Origin: a virus
IMG/VR virus record: IMGVR_UViG_3300030419_004440
Location: 24,939-88,938 of that record
Reading direction: 5' to 3' (one strand)
DNA: 64,000 nt
A model generated the notes under the pieces. It ran no database searches. It was given only the letters and a program-made list of their open reading frames with translations, and was not told the DNA's origin. The position numbers and the translations under genes are program-made. This document shows positions 46,715-56,060 of this stretch, in pieces (position 1 is the stretch's first letter; each line of letters begins with the position of its first letter).

Positions 46715-47977
46715 TTAAAGAATTACTTTCGCTTCACCCTCCAACAAATATCTGGGACGACCAGACATGTCGGTACGTTGAATTGCTCCGTCAATTCCAA
46801 AATGGTCAAACAGCGTTGCTTGCAAATCAAGTGGCCCCACTGGGTTTTCTATGGGGCTGTATGATCTATCTGCCTCACCAATCGTTCTTCCTGATTGATA
46901 TCTTCCGCCAGCCATCATCATCGGCGTAATTGCGGGCCAATGGTCACGTCCAGCGTTTGCGTTTATTTTAGTTCTACCAAATTCTCCCGTAACGACCAAG
47001 AGGACTTTTTCATTTAATCCACGATCCCATAAGTCTTGTAGAAACCCCCCTATTGCTTTATCAATGGGTGCGACCCTTTTCTTTAGTGCATCTGAAATAT
47101 TGCTATGCATATCCCATCCGCCATAATGCAGGGTCACAAACTTGGTTCCATGTTCTACCAACCTTCTCGCCAACATCATCTGTTCGCCAATGTCGTTAGC
47201 TTTTTCAGATCCGTAAAGAGCTTTAGTTGCTTCTGACTCTTTATCTGTAGCAAAGGCGTCTTTAGCAGAGCCTAGAATAACATCGTAGGCCTGACCTTTA
47301 TAAAAACCAACTGACTCAGCACTTTTGCCAGATATATCACTAGCGGCTGAACCTAAAGCACTCAGAAGTTGCTTTCTATTGTTGAATCTATCGAGTTGGA
47401 TTCTTGGTGTTAGGTTGTCTTTGTTAGAGGGGTCAAATGGCTTATATGCCCCGCCTAACCAAGCCCCTTCATCTCCCTCAATCTTTCCTTGCTTTACATA
47501 AGATGGCACCCCGTTTTGAGGGTGGTTAGTTCCGTAAACAGCAGATATCAGAGAACCAAAAGAGGGGTATTTGGCAGTAGACGTAGTAGTCCTTTCTGGA
47601 TTATAGTGTCCAGTCATCATAAAGTGAGTGCCCTGCCTGTGAGATGAGTCCTTATGACTAAAGGAATTTACAACATTTAGCTTTGAAGTATGTTTAGAGA
47701 GTTCGTACCAATCTTCCCCTAGCGTAATATTTGTTTTGGGGTCGTGCTTGGCACCATTTACTGGTTGCCACTCTGTTGGGACAGTGTCTTTTGGGGCATG
47801 AAAAGTTTCAAATTGTGTTGGACCTCCCCCAAGCCACACCCAAACAACTGATTTATCGCCGTAACTTTGTACTGTATTTGCAGCGAAAGCGGCGTCAGAC
47901 AGACCAGCGGCGGTCATTCCTGCTCCAATAGATCCAATCCTAAGAAAATCCCTTCTGTTAAAGTAAAAATCTAACAA
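46715..47977 (-). CDS. DUF1501 family protein with Tat signal (paralog C)
   Basis: NRRDFL..AAFA signal; GGGPTQFETF, GGWDMH, GEFGRT, GRDHWP; TTG start with GGAG RBS. Confidence 0.9.
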   Translation of the reverse strand: MLDFYFNRRDFLRIGSIGAGMTAAGLSDAAFAANTVQSYGDKSVVWVWLGGGPTQFETFHAPKDTVPTEWQPVNGAKHDPKTNITLGEDWYELSKHTSKLNVVNSFSHKDSSHRQGTHFMMTGHYNPERTTTSTAKYPSFGSLISAVYGTNHPQNGVPSYVKQGKIEGDEGAWLGGAYKPFDPSNKDNLTPRIQLDRFNNRKQLLSALGSAASDISGKSAESVGFYKGQAYDVILGSAKDAFATDKESEATKALYGSEKANDIGEQMMLARRLVEHGTKFVTLHYGGWDMHSNISDALKKRVAPIDKAIGGFLQDLWDRGLNEKVLLVVTGEFGRTKINANAGRDHWPAITPMMMAGGRYQSGRTIGEADRSYSPIENPVGPLDLQATLFDHFGIDGAIQRTDMSGRPRYLLEGEAKVIL

Positions 47978-47995
47978 TTTTTCATCTCCATATGC

Positions 47996-49033
47996 TTACC
48001 CCGGAGCTTCATAAAAGCCTATATTGAAGCCCGGACGCGTGCATTCTTCTAAAGTTTTTTCCATACCATGTTCTTTTAAGTGCTTCTCTATATATATACA
48101 CATTTTTTCGTCTGTGCCCTCCCAATTGTTTTTGCAAAAATGGCACAGATATTTGCATTTCCAGTGATTTCTCGTAGGATCTAGGAGTTTAGGGCTATTA
48201 TTTTGTCTAATTTCTTCGACTCTAATTCTCAACATCTCCAAGAATCTAGCCTCATCGCTTTTGTCAAACATCAATGAAAATGGTCTTGGATCTGGGTCTC
48301 CATCTTTATCCTTATAAAAGAAGATGCTCATAATTCTATTTGGGTATTCTGGATATAGTTTGGATATAGCGTAGAAGTATAATAAAAGCTGTGCATCGTT
48401 CTCTAGCTTCTCATAATCTTTTACTTCTCCTGTTGCCCAGTCCATACGTCTGCCGGTTTTCCAGTCAATCACCTCTATGGTGTCGTCGTTTAGCTTTGTT
48501 ACAAGGTCAATTGTACCTTTAATTGCTAGCTGGCCTTCAACCTTTTCTCCATTTATTTCGTATTCAAATTTAGCCCAATCTTCTTCAATGGGGATGTCAA
48601 AGTGGGGTTCGGGGTGGTGAATATTTCTAAGTCTGGGGTCGAACTGACCGTCGCTATGTCTTAGAAATGTCCATACAGTCTCCGATATATCTCGTCTATC
48701 TTTTGGCCCAAATTTATGTTTAGAATTTTTTGCATAACAATCAATAGCAATATTGCACAGTTCATCAACGAAGTCGTCTGTATACAGACTATCCTTATGG
48801 ATTCTAATTTTTCCAGCAGCATCGTCTTCTACAACGAGGTACTTTTTTCTTGAGTTATCCTGCTGAAACTTTTTTAATCCTGCTAGAATTTCCATAACTT
48901 TGTGAGCCATAGTACCCATGTCCGCCTTTTTCCCACTGTCGGACTGGTGGCCTAATACATATGTTATGAAATATTGCATCTGGCAAAACGCGTAGTTGTT
49001 ATAGCTTGAGCTTCTAACGTAAGTGACTAACAT
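47996..49033 (-). CDS. PD-(D/E)XK nuclease, Cas4/AddB-like with putative Fe-S cysteines
   Basis: N-terminal Cys, GTMAH, GTIDLV..IDWKTG, QLLLY, C-terminal CKYLCHFC..C. Confidence 0.82.
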   Translation of the reverse strand: MLVTYVRSSSYNNYAFCQMQYFITYVLGHQSDSGKKADMGTMAHKVMEILAGLKKFQQDNSRKKYLVVEDDAAGKIRIHKDSLYTDDFVDELCNIAIDCYAKNSKHKFGPKDRRDISETVWTFLRHSDGQFDPRLRNIHHPEPHFDIPIEEDWAKFEYEINGEKVEGQLAIKGTIDLVTKLNDDTIEVIDWKTGRRMDWATGEVKDYEKLENDAQLLLYFYAISKLYPEYPNRIMSIFFYKDKDGDPDPRPFSLMFDKSDEARFLEMLRIRVEEIRQNNSPKLLDPTRNHWKCKYLCHFCKNNWEGTDEKMCIYIEKHLKEHGMEKTLEECTRPGFNIGFYEAPG

Positions 49034-49779
49034 TTGGTCTCCTGTAGACTAGAGTAAAAGTTACTAACCTTCACCATCATGCCGTCTATACTGTTTTCGC
49101 TATTGTCTATAATATCTGTGAAGGGATATTTATCAAGAGCTATCTCGCTAGAGTGGTTGTCTTCAAAGACTCTTCTAGTAAGCCTTACTAGGTTTCCACC
49201 AACCTCTTGGATGGCTTTTGCTTCGTTTGGAAATCGCACATCTGCTATAATGGCTAATTCCGATTTTTCATCTTGTATAGTTGCTAGGCAGCTTTTCACC
49301 CATACCGGTTCGTACATTTTACGCATAACATCTGTGCCAAAGAATTGCATAAATTCGCGGGATGTCATGGCCCCCTTCCTTTTTGGGTTATTAAACATCT
49401 CTAAACAGGGCATGTTTTCCCATCTTAAGTGGTCTTGTTTAAGATTTTTTTCTTCGTCTGTTCCCCAGAGGCATTCTCTTGGAATGTCAAATAGTTTAAG
49501 GCATATAAGTTTTAAGTGATCTGCAAAGCTATAGAGCTTAACATATGGCCACATGTTGTGCTCTGCGTACTGCACAAAGCTTTCGTCTCTCCTTGACACA
49601 TCAAACTCACCCCAGCCCTCTTTCCCGTCTTTGTTTTCAGTAAGGATCATAAGCCCCCCGTTTTGGCTAATATTCCAGTCCTTAATGAGACCATTATTCT
49701 TTAGCGATATACCATGTAGTATATTAGCTGTTGTATTTTTACCCGACTGTTTTCTTCCGGATATCCCCAGTATCTTCAT
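49027..49779 (-). CDS. Deoxynucleoside monophosphate kinase
   Basis: GRKQSGKNT P-loop, SFADHLK, REFMQFFGTD, DVRFPNE, HSSE. Confidence 0.88.
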   Translation of the reverse strand: MKILGISGRKQSGKNTTANILHGISLKNNGLIKDWNISQNGGLMILTENKDGKEGWGEFDVSRRDESFVQYAEHNMWPYVKLYSFADHLKLICLKLFDIPRECLWGTDEEKNLKQDHLRWENMPCLEMFNNPKRKGAMTSREFMQFFGTDVMRKMYEPVWVKSCLATIQDEKSELAIIADVRFPNEAKAIQEVGGNLVRLTRRVFEDNHSSEIALDKYPFTDIIDNSENSIDGMMVKVSNFYSSLQETKC

Positions 49780-50828
49780 TAGAAGCATCCTCCAAGATTT
49801 ATCAAAATTTCATTTTTAATTTTTTCGATTGACATATTCCCTAAGTCCTTAGTGTGCATTTTTGGAAAAACCAATTTAAACAACCTAGCCAAATCTCTCT
49901 TTATCTTTATTTTAGCTTCTCTTCCAGCCTGATCGTTATCTGTTAGAATTATTAATTTTGTAACTCCGCTGCTTAGTAGGGTTGCACGCTGTTTTCTGGA
50001 TATATCTTTACCAAAAAGACCAACAGCGTTTTGGACTCCCGACTCGTGCAGCCTCCATACGTCGCCCTGCCCCTCAACTAAGAAGATGCACTTGGTTTTA
50101 CGTGCCGTTTTAATCGCGTTGTCGTAATTATATAAATGGTCTGTTTTTTTAAAGCCATCAGAGAATAGGTATTTAGGCTGTACCCATTCTTTGGTCGCTC
50201 TAGCAATAAATCCAACGGTTTTGCTTTCATGTGTTACTGGAATGATCGACCTGTTTCTCATGACTAATGAGTCACTATCACGAACACCAAAATGCTTCAA
50301 TGTTTCACTTTTAAACCCTCTGCTTTCAAAATACGGGGAGCCCTCTAGCATTTTTTGGGGGAATGGGCCTATCAAAACTTCGCTAGACGACTTGTTTGCA
50401 AAAGCTTTTCGTTTCCCCTGTTTAAACTGATTTACTAAATCTCTAAACTCTTTGCTGTCGTTGTCATTTTTTATTTCATTTGTTCTTGTTGTCTGGGCGT
50501 TATCGACATCGTATAAGTTGCAAATATATCTTAGTGCTTCTGAAAAAGATTCTGTATCCAGCACACCTTTTACAAATCCGAATATATCTGTATTGTATTC
50601 TTCATGGCACCCGCGAGTCCAGCACCTCCAAGCTTTTCTGCTTGTGGATATTGATAGCCCCTGTGGGTTATCGCTCCCTTCGTGAATCGGACAGCACATA
50701 AATATGTTATCGTCTACTTGGTTATATTCCAACCCAAGATCATCCAAAAGAACTTCTATATTGTTAAATATGATATCTTTTACTTTATTTAAGTCTAGTG
50801 TCTTACTCTTTGTTTTTTGTGAGTTCAT
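49779..50828 (-). CDS. dnaG: DNA primase (CHC2 zinc finger plus TOPRIM)
   Basis: CPIH..CWTRGC; KYLFS; VEGQGD; DNDQAG. Confidence 0.88.
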   Translation of the reverse strand: MNSQKTKSKTLDLNKVKDIIFNNIEVLLDDLGLEYNQVDDNIFMCCPIHEGSDNPQGLSISTSRKAWRCWTRGCHEEYNTDIFGFVKGVLDTESFSEALRYICNLYDVDNAQTTRTNEIKNDNDSKEFRDLVNQFKQGKRKAFANKSSSEVLIGPFPQKMLEGSPYFESRGFKSETLKHFGVRDSDSLVMRNRSIIPVTHESKTVGFIARATKEWVQPKYLFSDGFKKTDHLYNYDNAIKTARKTKCIFLVEGQGDVWRLHESGVQNAVGLFGKDISRKQRATLLSSGVTKLIILTDNDQAGREAKIKIKRDLARLFKLVFPKMHTKDLGNMSIEKIKNEILINLGGCF

Positions 50829-50964
50829 ACCATAGGAATCCTATATTTGCTGTTGCGTATGCAAACCATATAAGTGCGTGAGGAAAATCTCTTTGTCTCA
50901 GGTTGTCTACACCACAAGCGAAGTAGCATAGCGTACAAATAATTATTGCGTATATTGCTAACAT
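50803..50964 (-). CDS. 53-aa two-TM small membrane protein, missing from the ORF track
   Basis: MLAIYAIIICTLCYFACGVDNLRQRDFPHALIWFAYATANIGFLWYELTKNKE; TAATG overlap with the upstream gene. Confidence 0.65.
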   Translation of the reverse strand: MLAIYAIIICTLCYFACGVDNLRQRDFPHALIWFAYATANIGFLWYELTKNKE

Positions 50965-51170
50965 TACTTTTTCTCTTTTTTTGGGGGCATGTATCCAAAA
51001 ATATGCCCACAGGTAAACCCAGTAGCAAAAGCAATAAATGGTGCTTCTAGGGCAGAGTTTTGCATAAACCTACTAACACTTAGTGGTATCCCGCCGTGGA
51101 ATACCGCCAATAGATCATACATACCTAAAGCGATAACTGAGAACGTTACTATTTTTGCTGTTAATGACAT
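50964..51170 (-). CDS. Small two-TM membrane protein
   Basis: Two hydrophobic segments; GHIF motif; TAATG coupling to guaC. Confidence 0.6.
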   Translation of the reverse strand: MSLTAKIVTFSVIALGMYDLLAVFHGGIPLSVSRFMQNSALEAPFIAFATGFTCGHIFGYMPPKKEKK

Positions 51171-52234
51171 TACAATTTCTCCACTGTTTTATCATGATGA
51201 ACTCTGTTTACTCGCACGAATCGTGCGGTTTTGTTAAAATCTTTTAACGACGTAGCACCGGTATAAGCACAGGCACTACGCACACCTCCAAGGATGTCAT
51301 TCACTACGACCTCTGCCTTTCCTTTGTAACAAATTTTTTGCACTCTACCCTCACTAGATCGGTAATTTCTTAGTCCGTCTCCATGTTTTTCCTGAGCTTT
51401 TTTAGAGGACATGCCATAAAATGTCATATATTTAGTACCGGCGTGGTCCACCCATTCACCCTCGCACTCCTTAGTGCCCGCCAACATACCTCCAAGCATA
51501 ACAAAGTCAGCACCGGCTGCATAGGCTTTGGCTACATCTGCTGGAAAGCGACAGCCCCCATCTGCACAAATCAACCCCAACCTACCAGAATCAGAGCGTA
51601 GTCCATGAGCAACGTGGGAACATTCAGCAATAGCAGAAAGCTGTGGATAACCAACGCCAGCTTTGAGTCTTGTTGTGCAGGCAGAGCCGGGGCCAATACC
51701 AACTTTAACAATGTCAACCTCTCCATGAATAATTAATTCCGAAACCATTTCTGGTGTAGCTACGTTGCCAGCCATAATTATGGAGTCTGGAAACTCTAGC
51801 CTAACCTCGCTACACCAATCGACAAATTTTGCGGTATAGCCATTTGCAATATCAATACATATGTTAGGCGAGAAGTTTAAGTTTCTTTCAATTTCAAACA
51901 GTTTATCTAAGTCTCGATCCCAGTCCATGCCAATGCTAATCCACACATTGGGCTCCACGTTATAGTGCTTAAAGTATGCCTCTATCTCCTCTGCGTCGTA
52001 ATGCTTATGGAGACAGGTAATCGCTTGGTGTTTATTTAATGCTGACCCCATTTTAAATGTGCCGGTTGTATCCATGTTTGCGGCCATCAGGGGCATACCA
52101 CGCCACTCCTTGGGAGAATGGTAAAACTTAAAAGCTCTTTTTAATTCTACCTGCTTCCGACTCGCAGCCACCGACCTTTGTGGTACGAGTAAGACATCGT
52201 CAAAGTCCAACTTAATTTCATTATCAATCTTCAT
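51170..52234 (-). CDS. guaC: GMP reductase
   Basis: KLDFDDVLL, AANMDTTG, IDIANGY, KVGIGPGSACTTR, GVGYPQLSA, FYGMSS, YRSSEG. Confidence 0.93.
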   Translation of the reverse strand: MKIDNEIKLDFDDVLLVPQRSVAASRKQVELKRAFKFYHSPKEWRGMPLMAANMDTTGTFKMGSALNKHQAITCLHKHYDAEEIEAYFKHYNVEPNVWISIGMDWDRDLDKLFEIERNLNFSPNICIDIANGYTAKFVDWCSEVRLEFPDSIIMAGNVATPEMVSELIIHGEVDIVKVGIGPGSACTTRLKAGVGYPQLSAIAECSHVAHGLRSDSGRLGLICADGGCRFPADVAKAYAAGADFVMLGGMLAGTKECEGEWVDHAGTKYMTFYGMSSKKAQEKHGDGLRNYRSSEGRVQKICYKGKAEVVVNDILGGVRSACAYTGATSLKDFNKTARFVRVNRVHHDKTVEKL

Positions 52235-53672
52235 CTGCATCTACCTCGAATGGGAGTTCTGAACCTTCAATAGCCCCGTCCTGTGGGGTTGCACGAAATT
52301 CATCTCTAGTTCTTAACTCGTTCAATTGTGAGTGGCTTCCGATCATATCCATGTTGATGTAGTTGCCGTCCATTAATCCTGCACCGTGCCTAGCTTTTAG
52401 GGTTACGAGTTTTCTATTTCCTGCGTTTGGGCCGTCCTCAGCAAGCTCCTCCGCTGATTTTAATTTAAATATGGAGAATGAGGTGCACAGCCAAATAAGC
52501 CTGTCAGATCCGCTCACAGCGTCTGTAGACTCCTTAGTGATCCCATCTCTATTAAGTTGTACGAAGGACAAGCAGGGAAAATCAAGCTTAACCGCCAAGT
52601 TATGCAAGTTCGTAATTTGAAATCCGAGTGCTTGATACTCTTGGATATTATTGGTTATAGATGTGGAGGACATTAGCTTGAGATAGTCGTAGACAACTAG
52701 GCAGTCGTTTGTCTTTCCGTATTCGTCTTGCCCAACATCTTGGATAATCCAACGCTTAATGGTGTTCATGATAGTCTCAAACGGAGCACCTGCAACACTT
52801 ACGTATGTGTAGGGTATGTCTCTAATTTCTTCTATAGCCGCTTGAACTCTAATGATCTTCTCGTCGTCTTCGGCAAACTGTCCAGTAGCCACTTCACTAA
52901 TAGGAACGCCACTAATATTAGAAATGATTCTATTAAGATGGTCGTCTTTGGACATTTCAGTGTCCAGCATTAAAACTGGTATACCTTTACGTGCATTGTG
53001 CAATGCTACATTGTCAGCGAAAACAGACTTACCCACACCGGGGCGAGCAGAAACGAGATCCACACACTTTCTACGAAGCCCACCGCCAACTACCGTATCA
53101 AATCTTGGAAAGCCACTTGACAATCCTATCTGATCACATTTATTTTCAATAAGGAATTCCAAGTACTCGTCGATATCGTCCCCGAGTTTTTCGGGTTTTT
53201 GACCAACGTCATCTTCCCTCAGAAACTCAGTTATTGGAGCCTCTATAAGATTAACAATCTCGTCAATAGTCTCGTCGCCATTGATTTCTTCAATATCTTT
53301 GCTTATCTTATTGGCTATGCGTTTAGCTTTTCTGGCCAACTCAAACTTTTTTATCTGAGCCGCAAAGTGCGGGACGTTTTCCTTCTTGACGGGGTATTCC
53401 ATCAAGTCCCGTATGTATTCAAGCTCTTGGTTTGTCTGAACTATTTCGGACAAGTTGAGCTGCTCCGAGGCAGACAAAATAGCCGGTAAATCTACCTGTG
53501 CTTCACTCTGTAGAATCTTCTCTACGCACTTATAAATCACCTGATTGTTTCTGTGGGAAAAACTGTTGTGGGTTAGGAAATCTGATATCTCTACGTATGA
53601 TTCTAATCCATACGCAAACAAACCTGCCAACACCGCACGTTCCGAACCTACGTCCGAAAGGTTTGAATTCAT
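52224..53672 (-). CDS. dnaB: Replicative DNA helicase
   Basis: ARPGVGKS, EM, DYLKLM, QLNR, KARHG. Confidence 0.9.
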   Translation of the reverse strand: MNSNLSDVGSERAVLAGLFAYGLESYVEISDFLTHNSFSHRNNQVIYKCVEKILQSEAQVDLPAILSASEQLNLSEIVQTNQELEYIRDLMEYPVKKENVPHFAAQIKKFELARKAKRIANKISKDIEEINGDETIDEIVNLIEAPITEFLREDDVGQKPEKLGDDIDEYLEFLIENKCDQIGLSSGFPRFDTVVGGGLRRKCVDLVSARPGVGKSVFADNVALHNARKGIPVLMLDTEMSKDDHLNRIISNISGVPISEVATGQFAEDDEKIIRVQAAIEEIRDIPYTYVSVAGAPFETIMNTIKRWIIQDVGQDEYGKTNDCLVVYDYLKLMSSTSITNNIQEYQALGFQITNLHNLAVKLDFPCLSFVQLNRDGITKESTDAVSGSDRLIWLCTSFSIFKLKSAEELAEDGPNAGNRKLVTLKARHGAGLMDGNYINMDMIGSHSQLNELRTRDEFRATPQDGAIEGSELPFEVDADED

Positions 53673-53673
53673 A

Positions 53674-54087
53674 TTATCTTCCTGTGCAACGATTACATCT
53701 GATGTATTCACCGTAAATTAGATTCTCATTCATGGCAAATGTTTTGCCGCAAATGTGACATTCAACTTTTTTCTTGTTGGGTTTACCCCTTCTTCTAGGG
53801 GTTCGGGTTTTTTCAAGTTTCTCAAAATTAGCAGAATCGTCTTTCATTTCACCGCTATCAACCCATTCGTTTTTTCTAAATTTAACCACCTTTTTATTAC
53901 TTTCTTTTTTATTTCTAGTGACAGAAAAATCCTCGTTAACAACGTTTTCAGGAGGAGAGGAAACCGCTTCCTCTTTAACTGTAGATGCGTCACTCTTTAC
54001 ATTACTATTCAGTATTCCTTGAATAAGCTCTTGTTTTTGTTCTGGTGTAAGGGACTCTAAAAGTGTTTTTACAATGTCATCACTCAT
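53674..54087 (-). CDS. Zinc-finger hypothetical protein
   Basis: CHIC...CNRC at the C-terminus. Confidence 0.6.
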   Translation of the reverse strand: MSDDIVKTLLESLTPEQKQELIQGILNSNVKSDASTVKEEAVSSPPENVVNEDFSVTRNKKESNKKVVKFRKNEWVDSGEMKDDSANFEKLEKTRTPRRRGKPNKKKVECHICGKTFAMNENLIYGEYIRCNRCTGR

Positions 54088-54545
54088 TTTCTTCTACCTT
54101 TTTCGATTAAGATATCTGCCTTCCTTCTTATATTATATTCCCGACTTACAGTTTTTGCAAGTCTGGCTTTTGCGACATCCTGCCATTCTTTAATTTTCCT
54201 TGCTAATTCGTGACTTCTAAGTATAGTAGCCACCTTTATGTCGTGTTTTAAGTATTCACCGGCCATGTCTTGAATTTCACTAGCGATTATACTGTTGAGG
54301 CTTCCTTCGCACCAATTAATTACCATCTCCTGACTAGCTTTTTCGGATGCCACATGGTCAGCATATTGGTATAGCATGTAGGCAAAATTGAAGCAATCAT
54401 CTCTAGTCAATTTATCCATTTGCCCAAGAGACAGCGTTTCTGCTAAGGCAAATTCTTCGGAAAATTTGGTGGGTGCTAAATTCCTGCATGATATGTAGGT
54501 TTCTATTCCGTCCAAAAAATCTTTTAGTCTATCAGCGGCGTTCAA
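54084..54545 (-). CDS. Helical hypothetical protein, possibly a recombination mediator (UvsY-like position)
   Basis: Coiled-coil character; located between recA and dnaB; probable TTG start with GGAG RBS. Confidence 0.35.
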   Translation of the reverse strand: MNAADRLKDFLDGIETYISCRNLAPTKFSEEFALAETLSLGQMDKLTRDDCFNFAYMLYQYADHVASEKASQEMVINWCEGSLNSIIASEIQDMAGEYLKHDIKVATILRSHELARKIKEWQDVAKARLAKTVSREYNIRRKADILIEKGRRK

Positions 54546-54948
54546 GTTTTTCTCTCCAGTATTCCTCTGAGTCGTCAAACCTCAGAACAATTAATTCAAT
54601 ATTGTTGATTCTACACCATTCGGCCTTGTCTTTGTCTCTGGCTTTTGCTTTAAGGAAGCCAGCTTTGCTTTTGTGGAAAAACGGCGTGTACTTAAAATGT
54701 TGCTGCCCGTGAACCTCTACCCCTATTCTAACATTTGGAATGAGAAAGTCAAGGTATAGTACTGATTTTTTTGAAGGTTTTACCGTACCCGGAAGCTTTA
54801 CTTCTTCTAAGATGGTATATCCACGAAAAATATCTTTTATTAATCCTCTGGCCTGTATGTGGTAGAACGACCTTTTAGATCTATCATTGTTTAAGTATTT
54901 TTTAAGATCCAAATTGTACTCTCGGCCATTCAAGCCAACTACCTTCAT
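54532..54948 (-). CDS. Vsr/DUF559-like endonuclease
   Basis: LDFLIP..GVEVHGQQH..RDKDKAEWC. Confidence 0.7.
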   Translation of the reverse strand: MKVVGLNGREYNLDLKKYLNNDRSKRSFYHIQARGLIKDIFRGYTILEEVKLPGTVKPSKKSVLYLDFLIPNVRIGVEVHGQQHFKYTPFFHKSKAGFLKAKARDKDKAEWCRINNIELIVLRFDDSEEYWREKLERR

Positions 54949-56060
54949 AGAAATACTTCCCTTATTTGGTCATAGATAAACTGTGTGATCTCTTCATTTT
55001 CTTCTAAAAAATTAGTAACCCTCTCCATACCTTGGAACTTGAAGGCTTTATTGATAGCTTCCTCGTTTTCTGGATCAATTTGGTTCTGAACAAGCCAGTT
55101 CTTAATAACTGGATCATCTTTATTTTCTATGGCACAGGAGATTGTATACCAAGCACCGCTTCTGTCTATCATCGCAAACTCACTAGCAATTTGTGCCACT
55201 TCTTGACACTCATCTATTCCTATCCCGTATCTAATCCAGCTCTCGGTTGTCTTTAAGGGGGTGCCTCCCGCCGCAGAAGTTTTGATTACCCAGTTTGCGA
55301 TTTGCCCAACGTGATTACCTGAATCCTTGGGGACTTCCCATTTGCCGCGATGAGTAATTACCATGTTGGTTCCCGCTTGATATTGTAGCATATTGCCGCA
55401 GTCGGCCATTTTGCTGGGTGCGTATCTGCTGCCGCCGGTGTTTGCGATATTGTGTGTTATGAATATGCAGATAGCTTTCATTCTGCCGACATCTCCGCTT
55501 ATACGCTTGAAGAACATAGATAAGAGTCTAGGTAAAGCGTTGCGTACCCCAGTCCTGATTTCTCCGTCTAACTCATCTTGGGGAACCATGCTAGATGTAG
55601 AATCTACTATAGCTACTAAGTCTGGAGTATTTTTGATATAAGTTTCGAGAGTGTTCAGGTACTTCTCAGCAGAGACTAGAGGTTCTTTATCTGTAGCCTG
55701 TACAATTTTAATAGCGTCAACATCTAAACCTTTAATGCCTCTAAAGTTTTCCTTTGTTAGTCTACCCTCGGTATTAAAGTAGATTACGTTTTTCCCTTCC
55801 TTCTGGGCTTTTGCAGCAAAGTAAAGTGCTGTAGTTGTTTTGCCTGTTTTTGGGTCTCCTGTCATTACAACGCAGCTACCCTCCCTAAGACCTCCACCTA
55901 GTGCTATGTCCAACGCTGGCGAAATACCAATTGTTTTAAAGTTTTCTAAGGTTGCCAAAACCTGACTACCGGACTCAACTATAGCCCCGTATTTCTTATT
56001 AATCTGATTACTAATTGGGTCATTATCAAACTCAACAGTTTTAGGCTTCTTCTTCGCCAT
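54945..56060 (-). CDS. recA: RecA/UvsX-like recombinase
   Basis: LDIALGGG, Walker A GDPKTGKTT, IVDS, GAWY. Confidence 0.88.
   Translation of the reverse strand: MAKKKPKTVEFDNDPISNQINKKYGAIVESGSQVLATLENFKTIGISPALDIALGGGLREGSCVVMTGDPKTGKTTTALYFAAKAQKEGKNVIYFNTEGRLTKENFRGIKGLDVDAIKIVQATDKEPLVSAEKYLNTLETYIKNTPDLVAIVDSTSSMVPQDELDGEIRTGVRNALPRLLSMFFKRISGDVGRMKAICIFITHNIANTGGSRYAPSKMADCGNMLQYQAGTNMVITHRGKWEVPKDSGNHVGQIANWVIKTSAAGGTPLKTTESWIRYGIGIDECQEVAQIASEFAMIDRSGAWYTISCAIENKDDPVIKNWLVQNQIDPENEEAINKAFKFQGMERVTNFLEENEEITQFIYDQIREVFL

Noticed and set aside
47996-49033. CRISPR-Cas system
   Set aside because: Only a solo Cas4-like nuclease; no array, cas1 or cas2 seen
50825-51034. 69-aa ORF from the track
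   Set aside because: Overlaps two better-supported coupled genes (50964-51170 and 50803-50964)
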